Below, in pieces: positions 62,665 to 64,000 of a DNA stretch of 64,000 nucleotides. The notes under the pieces are model-generated. The model searched no databases and was not told the DNA's origin. It saw only the letters and a list, made by a program, of their open reading frames with translations. Source of the DNA: Moniliella sp. 'wahieum'. Lineage: Eukaryota. The translations under genes were made by a program, and so were the position numbers. Location: assembly GCA_003971905.1 (NCBI GenBank), contig RSEE01000006.1, positions 620,001 through 684,000 on the forward strand, in the 5' to 3' direction. The first letter of the stretch is position 1; each line of letters begins with the position of its first letter.

Positions 62665-63278
62665 TGTGGTTTTTTTCCCTGTTCTCTTTCTTTTCTTTGC
62701 TTTTCTTCTCTTTGCGTCTCGGCTGGCTCTCCGAAGCCTTTGTTCCCTTTTTTTCTTTAGATCAAACCCAAGAAAAATGCAGTGATTGACTCCTTGAGGT
62801 TTTTACGGCGCTGAAGTAGAAGGAAGGGAGAAGAGGGGCGGGAAGACTGAGGTGCAATAGATGAGAGATTATGCCTCGTCCGACGTACGCCGATGTTAGG
62901 GACGGCTGGGATGACGGAGCTCTGGCGTCTGATGTCGGGGGTTCCTCTATTGGTATGGCGATTGCTTGGGATGGGTATGGTTTGGTGTCACGCTGTACGG
63001 GGCTTGTCCGGGTCTTATTGGCTTGGGCCGCGCCCCCTCCACCGGAGCAAGCAAACGCCAGTGACGCTTGTGCTACAGCACCGGTACAATGCCCCCGGCT
63101 TTTCGCTCTCCTTGCGGTGGTGTCTCCGCTGCGCGACTAATATACTGCGGGTGTGTGCACGGACAACTCCCGTAGTGCCCCTCCCCTCCGCCTTCCCACC
63201 GCCACACAGCCTGCAACCGAGGGCTCCCTCCACCCTCACCTGCGCTTTTCGGCCACCATCTACTCACAGTCCCCGGAC

Positions 63279-64000
63279 ATGGGCCAGTTCATCTCCCGCC
63301 CAACACGGCCCGCCCCCCCCTCGCCCCCCCTCACCGACCTGACCTTCGACTTTGGCCCCCAGTCTCGGCATCATCCTTGCCCCGCCCCTCGCGCCGTTAT
63401 TGTCACCCCACTCTCCGTCACGACGCTCGCCGCCTCCGCCGCCACCTCCCGGCGTATCTCGAACACCTGGACAGAGAAGAAGGGATGGACCATCTGTGCC
63501 ACCATCCACGCCTCAAATCGCACTCTTCCAACGCATCTCCAGCAGCCCTCTTCGCCATCCCATCCACATCTGACGTCTAGACGGCCCACGAGACCTCCCC
63601 CTGCGCCCCCCCAACACCCCAGAAGGGACCCTATTCTGGCCCTCTTGTACGAAGAAAACACCGCCTCGCCTCATCCCGGGTTCTACGCTGCCCTGCGGGA
63701 TGCTGTCCCCATCCACGCTGAGAAAGAGGGCGGGTTAGAGCACATTTACGCTGCCCCATTTGCCTCGGATTTTTGTCAAACCCTATACCTCCTCCAAATG
63801 CTCCACACATACTGTCAGGCTTGTGTGCTCCATACCTTCCTTGCGGCCGAGGAACAGATGCATAACGGGCAAGCACAAAGAGACGACCAAGTGTTTGCGG
63901 AGCAAGGCCAATTATTTGCCAGTCTTGCCCCTGCGCTTGACGATGCTCACGTGGGTTATGATGCCGGCACCCCTCCGGTGAAAACGTGGCCGGTAGAGAT
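63279..64000 (+). CDS. Possible hypothetical gene start (MGQFIS.., N-myristoylation-like), runs off the window end
   Basis: ATG GGC CAG TTC ATC TCC after a C/T-rich leader; the frame breaks in C runs; downstream protein-like pieces (LYEENTASPHPGFYAALRDAVPIHAEKEGGLEHIY). Confidence 0.3.
   Translation, partial: MGQFISRPTRPAPPSPPLTDLTFDFGPQSRHHPCPAPRAVIVTPLSVTTLAASAATSRRISNTWTEKKGWTICATIHASNRTLPTHLQQPSSPSHPHLTSRRPTRPPPAPPQHPRRDPILALLYEENTASPHPGFYAALRDAVPIHAEKEGGLEHIYAAPFASDFCQTLYLLQMLHTYCQACVLHTFLAAEEQMHNGQAQRDDQVFAEQGQLFASLAPALDDAHVGYDAGTPPVKTWPVE

Overview
GC-rich, intron-containing fungal nuclear DNA (GTRNGT donors, CTRAY branch points, YAG acceptors). Protein styles point to a basidiomycete, possibly Ustilaginomycotina (inference). 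Recognisable genes, in order: DUF1765/UPF0592 protein (5'-truncated), makorin-like RING/CCCH protein, NOG2, sphingolipid delta-4 desaturase, Zn alcohol dehydrogenase, a divergent nucleoside deaminase / 2OG-Fe(II) oxygenase pair, a bHLH factor, an APSES-ankyrin (Mbp1/Swi4-like) factor, syntaxin Sso1, an intron-containing tRNA-Gly(TCC), ATG11, RPS24, a DUF1769 protein, divergent RPL17/RPL25, KGD1, cis-prenyltransferase, carnitine carrier CRC1 and a Gcn4/CPC-1-like bZIP. Almost every gene, including essential ones, has small-indel frameshifts, which suggests an unpolished long-read assembly, so gene ends are approximate. Three non-obvious signals stand out: (1) a window-wide family of 7-bp-period intergenic arrays sharing the grammar TNA-N4-TNA with changing, often palindromic N4 cores; (2) a cpc-1/GCN4-type leader with two uORFs and a candidate non-AUG N-terminal extension; (3) telo-box (AAACCCTA) motifs and structured first introns at the ribosomal protein genes. 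No CRISPR array, rRNA or recognisable transposon was seen.
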